Below the pieces are notes generated by a model, which searched no databases, was not told the origin of the DNA, and worked only from the letters and a program-made list of their open reading frames with translations. Below, piece after piece: positions 22,754-34,568 of a DNA stretch of 64,000 nucleotides; position 1 is the first letter of the stretch; the number at the start of each line of letters is the position of its first letter. Both the position numbers and the translations under genes were made by a program. The DNA is taken from NCBI GenBank assembly GCA_965655095.1, contig OZ296659.1, positions 3,720,001 to 3,784,000 on the forward strand, read 5' to 3'. Source of the stretch: Haplodiscus bocki. Its lineage: Eukaryota.

Positions 22754-25700
22754 ATGAAGTGAAGACCACATTGATGGAAGGAGATGCAATGTGGCATTGT
22801 TATAGCTTTAACAATTGTGAATGTGGATTGTAAAGTAGAATAAGATCATCATGTGCATTGTACCATCGTTTTTCTTTTGTACAATAAAAGCTTCGACTTA
22901 TGCTCATAAAAAGTTGGCTGACAGGTAAGCGGTTACGTGTGCGTGTGCATAAACTTTAACGCTATGGTTTGAAGTTAGCATTTCAGAGCGAAGTAATGGT
23001 ATAGAACGAACTAAGTAGTGACTATTTTCTAGCCACTACAACACCTCCCCAACTCAACTTATCGTATACGCAATTGATTAAACAAACAGTTAAACACGTC
23101 ACTCCACTTATTTTAAGACGGGATATCAAAGCGTTATGCCGATACAATCAACGCAAAGATTCATAGTTGTTTTAGTTTTCAGATATACGAAACATAGCCG
23201 TTCCAGTCTGCAATTCTTCTTTCAATCGAATTTTCCCTTCATGTATAGAGGGTTGGACGGTGGAAATCAAAACGCCCAAACCATTCCAGTTCGGGGCAGT
23301 TCTTTGTCGGTTAGACGCGCACTCTTTCACGGACTCCGCTCGTGTTGTAGGTGGAGGTATTCTGGGTGTATCATGCACTGTGAATTTTGATCCAAGATCG
23401 GGCTCGGCACGGTCACTTCGAGAGGTGTTAAGCTGTGGTTTCTCCTCACACTTGATAGGGTGAGCTGCGAGTTCATTATGCTGGGTGAGTTTCTGTGCGG
23501 TCTTTAATTCGTCATCAGTATTATCGACGTCATGGACCGGCGAGTGCTGAATGTTAAAACTAGGGACAACAGAGTGCATTGCTGCATGAAATTGATTCTT
23601 GTTTGACTGGTTGCGAGCTTTACCTTTACGGCAAACAGACTGCGGAACGGTAGTGTGCTTGCGAACACTGCTGGCTGGTGCTAATTTTACCAACTGCTTC
23701 AGCCTGATTGGCCCAATCTTGGCGTGTGTTCGTTTTTTTGGGTGACTTGCGTTTCGTCCATTTGAGGTGCTAGCACCATATCGCGCTTTGAAAGTCGGCC
23801 AGAAGTGGTTGTGCCTGTTGGCAAAAAGGACAGAGTGTGCGTACCTTCATCCAAAAATCGTCCGCGTTGGCGGTGAAAAACTGATTCAAGCTTGAAACCA
23901 CGAGCACGCTCGCGAACCGAAATAGTGATATTATTGTCGTGGGGGAACTAGTTCAGTTCAAGTTGGAATTTCGAGTCGTCCTCTGGAGTAGGAGCCCTTG
24001 AAGATGTCAACAGATGAGGACTGTTTTTAGGCTGGCGACCCATCTGCATTTGCTCTGGCGACTGAGCATTGTTTTTCGAAATGTCAGTTTTGTTCTTCTC
24101 GATGACAATTCGTTTGTTGGCCCGCAGTCGCTCAAAAAGAGTGCGAATGCATCTCTCTATCTTCCCAGTTCCTCGATGATCCTCAACCGGGCGCTCAAAA
24201 TGCTCGATAAACCGCTCACCAAAAAACGGACGAAACCGCTCCGAACCAAACGGCGATCCCGGGTTTGTTCTAATACGCCTGGAAACGCCTAAAAGAGCTA
24301 TATGGGTATGCAAAGACTCCAAAACCTTATCGGTCGTGGGCTTGCGAAGAAGTCTTGCCTCCGGTGAAATACTTTTTTAAATCTATTGACACTATCGAGT
24401 TTTTGTTTGTACTTTTAGCTATTTTGAACGGTCCCGCAAAGTCAATGGATTTCTCATCATTAAAATTCACAAACGCCAGGAACTTACCATATTGACCTTG
24501 TGATTTAATGGGTTCAAAATTTTTACCTGCGTCTGTAAATTCTTTGCACGTATTGACACAAAGAAGCACGTCATGGTGGATGTGCGGCCACCAGATATCC
24601 GATGATTTCCGAAGTTCCTGAACGCGTCCTGGGTGCCCCAGTGGAAGGACCTCTGAAGAGCTGTTCGCAGAGCCTTGGGAACCACACGGCGATCGTCCAT
24701 GTACTGAAAGACGTTCGGATGAAGCGAAAACGTAGAAAATTTCTCAAGTCAAGCCGCTGGGAGCTTCTGGATTTTGCTTTCATTGGGTTGCTCATATGGA
24801 GCGATAATACGCTGAAGTTCATCATCGGCTTCGTCATTAGCGATGAGAATTGTCTCGCCGATTTTTTGATTGGCAGGAGGGTGAGATGAAGGACGCGAAT
24901 TGACCGCTGAAGAAGAGGGCTGTCGTAATCAATGTAGTTGATTCCTTCAACGGAACTAGAAAATTAACAGCAATGGGCCGATATTTTGTTTACTCGTTAA
25001 CAGGTATTCAATAACTGCGCTATCAATTTCAAAGTGTGCTTTTCTGTTCAGAGCGAACACGCAGTTGTGCGCGTTCGGTCACTTCGCTTGCATTTGATTG
25101 GGTGATTGAATTCTCTTTAAAATTGAATGAAAAGTATTAACGTGATTGAATGTGAACCAGCTTTTCCCCAATTCCTCTGATTTAATCGCTTCGCCTTCAG
25201 TGGGTGAGGGATGCCGGGACAAGTAGTCGACAAACCCAAGTCTGCAGCCCGGCGCGGACAAAATCGAACTGAAACGGTAATAAGCAATCCATCCAACGCC
25301 TTAATCTTCTAGAAATCGTCATTTTGCGTCAATTCCCTTTCACTACGCTACCTAAATCTTTATGGTCCGGAATTACCTGGGTTTTTGTATCGTATACGTA
25401 GTTACGGAAGTGTTCGGTGGACCAAACAATGAGCAATGTTTCCAATTGTTTAGTTGAATACTTGTTTTCTAAGTCACTCAGAAACCGAAAGTGTATTGGC
25501 TGCCATTGGCGATTATTCTTCCGTTGCTGCAGCACTGCAGCTAAACCGGCGCGACTCGGGTCACAGTTTATTCGTAGATCAGCGTTGCGTTTAAAAAGTC
25601 TTACCTCCGCGACGTATTTGATGCTTGCTTTTATTTGGGGGAACGCTTTGTCTTGCTCCTCTCCCCAATCCCAACTTTTCGCTCTTTCTAGCAGAGGTCG

Positions 25701-25990
25701 GAATGGAAAAGAGTTTGGCCGGGTTGGGAATATATCTATTCATCTGGTTCAGCACTCTAAAAAATGAACGTGGTTTTTTCGAAGTTATCGGCTGCAAGTT
25801 GTCTCTATTAACTTGAACTTTACTAATTTTTGGCTTCATACCCGTCTGAGGAAATTGAAAGCCCAACCAATCGGCAATGTTGGCGGCAAAATTACCTCTA
25901 TCCAATTGTAGACGGAAACTCAATTTGTTCAATCTTTCCAAAACGTTTCTATTAAATTTGTCCATTTATAAGTGTGTAGAGAAAAGGAGA
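22754..25990 (-). mobile_element. Ty3/Gypsy LTR retrotransposon, 5'-truncated and decayed
   Basis: End of RT (VLERL...DWLGFQFPQTGMKPKISKVQ); RNase H (CDPSRAGLAAVLQQ...WQPIHF...KYS...LLIVWSTEHFRNYVY...PDHKDL; VDYLSRHP); integrase (IDFAGPF, IRTNPGSPF, GTGKIERCIRTL). Purine tract GGGGAGG followed by LTR start TGTTGTAGTGG at 23043. Distal LTR end is approximate. Confidence 0.88.
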
Positions 25991-26744
25991 GGCAAAAATC
26001 GGTCGCCTATTAGCCAGCATGTCATCTATTAGCTCAACGAATTTGAAATCTTTTGGGCTTCGAATGTGGAAAGTTTTTCAGGGTCCCTTGCGGAATTGAC
26101 GGCCAAATTTTCATAGCTCATTTCGCCAACTCCACTGAATATCTTAGTTTTCAAATTCTTATTTACGTTTGACGAATTGCCAGACTTTCTCAGTAGGGTT
26201 TTGGTTTCTTTCTGATAAAGGATGAACCGAACTTCTGCACCCAATTTTATGTTACTTATATGCTTAACGGCCGTCAAAGTGGATAGAGAATGATTTGTTT
26301 TTAAAGTTTCTTTTCCCAGTTTCGAATATGAAACGGCGTGTGCATTAGTTGTAACAAAAAATGTTACATGTTGAAAGTTGGAGCTCCTAGATTGGCTATT
26401 GTAATGTTTATGAAAAAAGCATGAGGACTTCTTCCAAATCGGCACAAACCGCCTGTCAATCACCAAAAGTGACATATCCATTGAATCCTAAAGTGTGGAA
26501 CGAGCATTTTAAGTTCAAACTATGCAAGTTGTTTACACCTATTTGACGTAATTTTTGCATTTTGGTGTTCCAACTGAAAGTCACAAGTCCTCATGATTGA
26601 CAAAATAGAGGCACTTTTGAAGTTGTTTTGATGTGTTTCAGGACATTTCATCTCCCTGCATTTTCAACCGCTACTCTTCCAACGCGTATAGTTTGGACGC
26701 ATTGCAACTTCAATCCATAACAATTTCAACTCCTTGCAATTTAA

Positions 26745-29700
26745 CCCCCCTATCGTGATGTTTTGCAAAGCTTTACCATTTTTTTAAGGCGAAGCTTGCT
26801 AACTATGATAATTGAAGCTTAGACCTCAATTATCTGATATAAATTAGTGGTAGTTGTATAACTTGAATGTAGCACATAGATTTCGGTAAATTAAGCACGA
26901 TTACTGTTCAGTTACTACGGTCTAAACATATATTAAACTTTCGGTTCCTACAAAACTGGATTGAGGTAAATTTTACCTACAAAATTTTTGGTGGACTTTT
27001 TGAGGCAGGTAACGATGAGGAGGTAAGTATGAAGGGTTAGTTGAACCGCGTGTTTTCAGAAACAAGTGTAGAATTTTTTGAATGAAACCGAGAGAATTGT
27101 TAAGAACCATAATTTTTGTATCGATAAAACTCCTAACATAATCATTCCTAATCGTTGCGTCCATTTGACTCGGACACAAATTTACACTATCCAATGGAAA
27201 CGATTGGGGTTATCAAATCCAACTGAGGTGAAAACTTGGCTTTGTTATATCGGTTCTTATTTTTTTTTTCGAGGGGACAGTGCATATCGATAGTTCGAGC
27301 AACGTATACATAATGACTTGGAGAGACGAAAGCGAAGCTCGAAAGTTGTGGGGGTTCCGAGACGGCAGATGTCTTGGAATTGTGACAAAGGATGAACTAT
27401 GTCAAACGGAAGAATTCAGCGTTCTGATCGTTGATACGCTTCTTGCTGTAGTCTCCCTTTCCAGTGTCCTTGAACGGTCCCCTTGTTTAGAATGCTTCTT
27501 TTGTTATAGACTTGCACCTGATATCACAGCTTTCCCCTTCCAGTGATTGCTCCAATTAGTTTTTGTAGTGGCTCGTTCTTTTTCCTTGTTACACATCCCC
27601 TTGAAGAAAATTTCGAGCTACGGAAGGGAGCAAAGCTAGTTTTGGTTTCGATATATTTCAAGGTGTCAGCCTTTAATTCTGGTTTTCTTCCCTTTTTTTC
27701 TCCGCAACGCGTTGCGGTAGTTTCGATCCACCGGTCGCAGCTCCACCTGTGCGTGAGAAGATTAGTGGAATGCAACTGCTCTGTTCGACATCCAGAATTC
27801 GTTGCTAGTTTTGCAGTTTATTTAGGTTTTCGTGAAATTTGTAGGGATCTTATGCTGTTTTTGACGTTTTGACTAGGGGATTTAAAAGTCTCATATCAAA
27901 GAAGTTTCGTGTAAAACTGTGTCTCCGTAGAACTTTTGCCTGAATGTTTCAGCGAGCCTCTTCTCTTGTAGTTAACTTGTTAAGGCTTTCGCCTTGCAAC
28001 GGTTAATGAAGAGATTACACTCTGACATCGTTGTACACATCTTCCGTCAGCTTTGCAATGGTTTCCTTGATTTTCTTCGGGCATGTATATGTCCATCTAC
28101 TTTTTGGACAATGCAATGGATAGGCAATCTCCAAATCATGGCCATATGGGCAAGTTTAACGTAGTTTTCCGGGCTCGATTGCGCGTCTCACTATAAGCAG
28201 TCTCGAAATTTTGACTTGTTCAGGTTGAAGCTATTTTTTGTTAGCGGCAGGACACAGCCAATTTGATTCTCCCTTTTCTGAAGCCACGCTAACAGCTAAC
28301 AATCAGTTTTTTTCTTTTTGGTCGGTGTCTCTAGGAATTTGTCTTTTTCGACTCTCAGCTACTGAGCTTTTTTTCCGCTTAGTTTCGACCGAAGTTTCTT
28401 TCTGATTTCATGTTGCTTCCGAGATGGTCTCACCAGTTAAGTGTTCTATAACGTTTTCAGACTATGAATAGTCTTCTGATTAGTCTGCTGGTTTTTGGAT
28501 GTTTTGGCAGCTTATCTTTAGTGGCGAGGAAAACATATCCCGTTCCACGTCCGTAAATTTTGGTTGGCCTACGAGCGCTGAGTGAATATTTTTGTTAGGA
28601 TTTACTCAATTTTGGCAAACTTCTTTGCCAACTGTGGTGGTCTTGTATTGATGAAAGGCAGTTTTTCTTGGACACCTCTTGTCAACAAGATTACGCGTTT
28701 TGTCGCGACGTGTTAGCTATTTGAGACATTTTCATTCAGAATTTGGTGATTTCGTCTGCTTTTTTTTCAGTGTGATATTTACGTGAGTTTTCGCTGCCGT
28801 TGACTGAGCCCAGCACTCTGGATCCATCTGACAATATTTGCTGTTCTCGAAAGGTTCTCCTGGTTTTGGAGATTGAGGCCTATTTGACAATGAGGTAGCA
28901 TTTTGAGGGTTTCACATCTTAACCGAAGTGTTTACCGTTTGTTATGACGTTCTCGAGGACGTGCTCAAATCCTCTGACTTTCGTGCCATTAATCCGTTAC
29001 CGGCGTACTACCGCTGCATTATTTGTTCGTTTTCAACGCTTCCTATCGGTAGAATAACTGCGATAGCATACATTGCGATAGCGGAAGGGTCTTATTGTAT
29101 TGTGCCTTCTGTTGGCAGCAGTTTCTTCCTATTGGCGAACAGAGTAAATGGCTTTCAGAACGAGTTGCACATTGCTTGTTACATTGCGGGACACAGAATT
29201 TTGCAGTTCTTTTCGCCAGTTTGTTGTTCATTTAGTTGAAGGCTTTATTCACGTCCAGTAGGAGAAGTGTTTCAGTATCGCCCTCGCAATTTTTCGGTGG
29301 AGTGAACCGATGGCGAAGTCAGTTCCGCACTTTTGTCCCAGACAGAGTTGCTCATTGGATCCCATTTCGAAAAGATCATGTGATGTATGTTCCGTGATGG
29401 CGCCACCAATTTTTCATTTAAGGACTTCTACACCTGTTTGACGAACACCAGGAGTTTTGTCTAATGGCACCAATCTGCAGGCATTATGTGCCTTGTTGCT
29501 CTACCGCAATAGCTTCAGTAGCTATCGGGCAGCATTTTTCGCAATCGTCTCAGATAAATGTCTCCACGCATCTTTGAAAAGAGTTCTAGTTCTTCTCCAT
29601 TCGTTCGCGTCGAAGCCAGATGGTCTTTAGCTTCAGTGTGTTTTCATTGCAGCTCTTCTGATGTAACTGACCTTGTTTTGTTCAAAAATTGGTGGATGGC

Positions 29701-32135
29701 TGGGGATTATTCAAGTCGACGGGTTTAAGGTGTAGTTTGGATTTGATGGAGAGGGATTGGTGTGTTTTGCGTTGGGGATATCTTCTACAGTTTCGCCGTG
29801 TATTGTGTAGCTCAAGGAAAGAATTTCTCTGGATTGCCATTCAGCAAGCAAGCCGCTGGCAAAGGAGATTTTGCCCGCTCCCCTCATCCTGCGGAACTTT
29901 TGAGTGTTGCTGGCATCACTCTTGTTCGAGTTTTTCGACAACCTCGACTGGAGAGCCTTGTCTTCGTTGACAGGAAGTTCGGTGCCTCTCTTTTTCCTTT
30001 GGCTTACCATCCGAGATTTCGTCCTTGCTATCGAGCCGTAACAAGAGTCTCCAGTTTCCGCAAGAAATACATGCGGTAGGGCCATAGTGGCTATCATGCT
30101 GAAACTACTCCAGTTTTTCATCCGCCAGAGGTTGCAAGAGAGTGTTGAGCTGGTTGACGAATTCGTATCCTGACTTGTTTTCGTCGAGAATGAAAAAGAT
30201 GGGATTCCGCTATACATTTTGGTTGTATATTTCAATTAACTTCCTAGTTTTGCATCTGTCAGGGATGCCCAGAAGCAGGAGCCTGAAAACTCGTTTGGGA
30301 CTGCTGTTTGAAGGTCTTCGGCTTGATTTCAGCAGAACATTCGGTTAAACTAAGTCCCTGCAAGTATTTATTACCACTCGTTAGACCGCTGCATGAAACG
30401 TGGAGATAGCTCAGGTATCCAATGCACCAGATTCCACCGCAAAACAGATGATTTTGCTGATGATGAAATGAGTCCTAGTGCTCATATAGGAAAGAAATTG
30501 ATCGTTTGTATAATTGAAAAAGGAAGGGAGACTGCACAGTGCAACACTGTGATGGATTGATGTCCAGCAAACGAGAAACGATTACCATTCTAATGTGTTT
30601 ATAAAGAAACCGGGTAAATAGGCTGAAAAGTTTGCGGTACGTGATTTCAGGTGGGATTCTATACAGCGCTTAAAGTTATAAAAATCTTGATTAATATTGT
30701 GACTTTTAGATGAAGAGATGCTTTTTGGAAGTATTCGAACGTGAGGATAGAACTTTTCAAAAGTAAGTTTCATTAAATACTTGCATGCGTTCGTTACTAC
30801 TTTGGGTGAGGATCTGCAGTCGTTGAAACCAGCTACCATTGTGACAGACGTCTACTTTTCCTGCTTGTGTTTTTCAAAAACTTTGCAAATGTCAGTCAAC
30901 ATTGCTCCTCTACGAATGTATTGTTGACTTGAAATGGGATTGGTTGATGTATTTCATTCTCGAGGCTTCCACTATTAGCTTCTTGATAATCTTGGAGCTT
31001 TCACTGGTTTCCACCTGCTGTCTGTGCCCTGTAGAAGCAAAGAAAGGGTGACAGCAACAATTGAGAGATTAATTGGTTTGTTAATTTCATTAAAAATCCT
31101 TCGATATTTTCTTGTGGTAATAGTTTCAATAGGGTTGGGCTAGTGAAATGCCAAGGGGTCGATTTTAAACGAAATATTTCAACCTGGCAGAAGGGAGGTC
31201 GTCTCCAGATCCAACAGTGCCCTGTCTACGGTGATCGCCCACTTACTTTCTGGGTCTCCCTAAAATCCCTCGCGGGCTACCCAACAGAATCTTTAATAAG
31301 AGGCTCAAACTTTCCTATTCACCTGTTTGTTAAGTTTTTTTTCACGATTACGCATCAATTAGGCCTGCTGGATTCATAAATTGTGAAACGAGCGGCAGCA
31401 TTTTCTACACATTGCTGTTGCAGCCAATATAAGATTTTAAGAAATAAAACAGCTTTGAAAACAGCAGGAACTGGGGTTCTGAAATTGTTGAAAGCAAAAG
31501 CTTTGATAGCTGCCTTGTCGAGAAGCTCGACGAGTTGGTAATATACTTCAAAAACTTTTAGTTTGAAATCTTTATCGCAAATTTGATAGTACAGTACCCT
31601 TTTGGGCTATGGGTTCAAAACAATGCGATCGTAGAGGGCGTAACCTGATTAACCAACAGTGCGGAAGGTTGGCGTTTCGGCTTGTTGCCTTTTTTACCTG
31701 ATCGAAGCCAAGTGTGTGCTTTTTGCTTGGAGAGATCGGTAAAGACGCAATTGTCCAGCAACTAAAATTTTATCCAAGAAACTGCGGGCCTAATATGTTC
31801 GGAGAGAGCGACTTGAGTTCCGTTTTTTTAAAAAATGGGACTCTGGGGGCAAGTACATTTACCCGAATGCCAAAATTAGTCAAACAGTTTGCTGTCAATC
31901 AATTTCGACAGAACTGACTATTATTGGCAAAGCCCTTCATGTTGACACTGGCTGTTAAAACGAGAAAGCCAAAAGCGTACTTTTGCAATGGGATGAAGTT
32001 GTATTGGGTTTAAGTTGCAAGGGTTTGAACTGGATGGGATGAAATGACGTGTAACCGTTTTGACGTTTGACTCATAACAAATAGTGCGCTTTGGTGCTCA
32101 TTTTGCTTAAAAAATGCATGTTTTAATATAGAGGG
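26745..32135 (+). mobile_element. piggyBac-like DNA transposon, decayed, interrupted by a CRE element
   Basis: TTAA|CCC at 26741-26747 and GGG|TTAA at 32133-32139. Transposase traces TEVKTWL (~27225), NAIVEGV-(D)LINQ (YN..MGGVD..DQ-like, ~31622-31657) and WRFGLLPFLPDRSQVCAF. TIR identity beyond CCC is weak. Confidence 0.65.
27260..30950 (-). mobile_element. CRE-clade non-LTR retrotransposon (RT plus restriction-like endonuclease), decayed
   Basis: RLVPLDKTPGVRQTGVEVL...QLCLGQKCG; PTEGTIQ*DPSAIAMYAIA...IMQR*YAGNG (EGTTQGDP / WYADD-like); FRDCL...TCPYGHDLEIAYPLHCPK knuckle; KTSFAPFRSS..RG terminus; T10 run at 27260-27269 as poly(A) tail. 5' end approximate. Confidence 0.82.
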
Positions 32136-32811
32136 TTAAACTTAAACCGTACGCTTTTCTACGTGTCACCTAGTAGTGTTGTTCATTTTTGCGTTGTTTC
32201 TTGTGTGAATCTTTTAAACTTTGGGCTGCAAACTGGCGAATCTAAAAAGACATGTTTGACGCATCAACTTCCCGAGTATTAGACACTGTGACAGGCACTT
32301 GTCTCAATCATGTATCCGATCTCATTTCAAAAGTCCATCAAGACCTTTGGTGTGGAAACTTCATCTTTGGTCTCAACTGACAAGTCAGAATGTGTCGCAA
32401 AGTTCCGCTTTGCCCCTGTGTGCAATATAAATTCATGATATCGGAAGTTATCCAGCTAGTTTTGCTCATAGTTTATATTTGGAACCAAAATCATTCATTG
32501 TACTTTCAGTTTTTAAAGTAAAATCTGTTAATTGAATGATTATATCAAAAATTGCTGTCGGAAACGTATGGACGCCTAACTTTATCATAAGCAGTCTCGA
32601 TTACTTATTAAATAGCAGAATCTAGCAAAAACGCAATTTTTTCCCAAAAGTCTTCCTCCAATTTTTTGAGCATTAACCTTTTAGTTGAAGACCTGTTGAT
32701 TTTGCGTTTTCAGGATTAAGTTTTTTAAATGTAATTTTGAGACCATTCAGCTTGTCTTGTCTACTTTTGGATTGGTTTAATCCAGTTCCCTGAACTTCAA
32801 ATGTGTTGTAG

Positions 32812-32823
32812 GATGAATTGTAG
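32812..32823 (+). CDS. POGLUT2: Predicted last coding exon of POGLUT2/3 (DEL*), completing K-DEL
   Basis: tgtgttgtag|GAT GAA TTG TAG. A phase-0 join to ...TCC AAA|gt at 5803 gives ...RVSKDEL*, the family's hallmark C-terminus. Confidence 0.75.
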   Translation, partial: DEL

Positions 32824-33058
32824 AGTCGTCAAGCATTCCGAGGAGGAGAGCAACGACCAGCAATGCTTACAATGCATATCACCCACCAACACCGACAGTC
32901 TGCCTGCGCAGTTTGCATTTCTGTCGCGACAACGCCATGCAGCGTTGCGTGCAAAGACTCACAAAATTTGAGGCCTTTCTTACAACTTATCGCTTTATTC
33001 AATATTAAAAGTGCAATTTGGATATATTGGTAGTTCAATTTTGTAGATTCGGTTGCTC

Positions 33059-33064
33059 AATAAA
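33059..33064 (+). promoter_or_regulatory. Candidate polyadenylation signal of POGLUT2/3
   Basis: AATAAA ~235 bp after the predicted stop, followed by T-rich sequence. Confidence 0.45.
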
Positions 33065-33499
33065 CTTTTTTATTCTATTATAGACTATAAGGCTTGTAAT
33101 TTTTTTTTGAATTTCCTACCTCAAACACTTAAAAAAGGACAAAGCTTTTTAATGAGTCAGGTTCGGGGGATGTGTCCTCGACTAAAAACTAAAAAGTAAT
33201 TCATGGAATTGTCAAGTTCAGTTGACAATTTTGCGAGCAAGTTTGTTCTCGGCATTTCGTTTTGTTATGCAATCCTTAGACATTGAAATGTCGCTTTCAT
33301 TCGATTGTTTTGTTGGTATAATTAACCTACAGTTTTGGATATGACGTGCAAATTAAATGTTCACATGCATTCATAACCTTTAGCAGCTTATTTCATTAAA
33401 CATATGTTTCCATTTTTAATCTATGTTAAATAGGGACATCTTTTTCCATGTCGCTCTGAAATTCTAAACGCAATAACACACAACTGACTGTTTAGTTCT

Positions 33500-34568
33500 T
33501 GACAGTAATTGAAGTATACCACTTCAGACATGACCACATTCAGTCCAAGTTTGGATGGTGTTGTCTTCCTGATGATAATTGCATTGAGTTGCCTGTTGTC
33601 AATGAACTTTAATATACAATAGAAATTTGGGTGTATCTTTCATTCTGATAATCTTTTGGAACATACTGCTGCTATTGCTCTCCAACTTCCTTGCGTCCAG
33701 CAACATTATCAAGAATACCTGGCTTTCGCAAATGACTTTTTGGTGGGATGTAATTTCCACAAAGGTCTGCACAAATTTTCTCTCACCCGATCCTCATCCA
33801 TCGTAAAAAATGGAAGGTTACATCAATTTTCTTTGTATAATCAAGTTTGTTCACTTTGCATGTCAGAAGCTTCGTTGCTACACCTACCATTCCCCATTTT
33901 AAGTTCGGAATGATTTTTGCTCGGCTGTATTCTCTCAGCAGGACAACTGCTGGTTGGTCTAACCTGTTTGATCCATTGCATCTCTGGTAACAAAATTTGT
34001 CAGTACAGTAACAACATTCGTTAGTACAGTCATACAAAAGTCGGCATCTTTCCTAGTGTTTTGATGACCAAATTTCTGAGAATCATGTCGAACAAATTAT
34101 TTTTTTCTTGATATCGTGTTCAGTCTAAAAAAATTGAGTTATTCAGTTCTTTCTCATAAGATTTTTGAATTACCAGCAACGGTGATTTTTTCAAGCCGTT
34201 GAGGATAAAAAGCTTCAATTTAAAGTAACCGCTCCAAATTGGCGTTCGATTGAGATTGTAGACCAGACTAATAGAAGGTTTTGAAAGATGTAGGGTATAC
34301 GAAACTCTCGTTTTTGACTACAGATTGACTGGAAAATTTGTACATATCGAGCTGAATTCCTTATGTTGAATTTCAATCTCTCTCCACACATAAAAAACTT
34401 GAAATCACGACAACAAACAACAGTGAAAACACAGGCTGCTGTCTTCTGTCTAGACACCTGTTGCATTTATGTCAGTACAGCGTGTACATTTCTATCTAGA
34501 CACCAATTGGGTACTGTCTAGAAAGCACCTAAAAATATCTCGACTTCGGTCTCAAGTCTGACTGCCTA
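33500..34568 (-). mobile_element. hAT-like transposase remnant
   Basis: IMLLDARKLESNSSSMFQKIIRMKD resembles L..DV.TRWNS...ML.R; possible TAGG terminus at 34568. Very degraded. Confidence 0.4.

Noticed and set aside
23172-23693. 173-aa ORF as an env-like or extra gene of the Gypsy element
   Set aside because: Low-complexity Ser/Pro/Thr-rich sequence with no TM or signal peptide; likely the disordered tail of pol.
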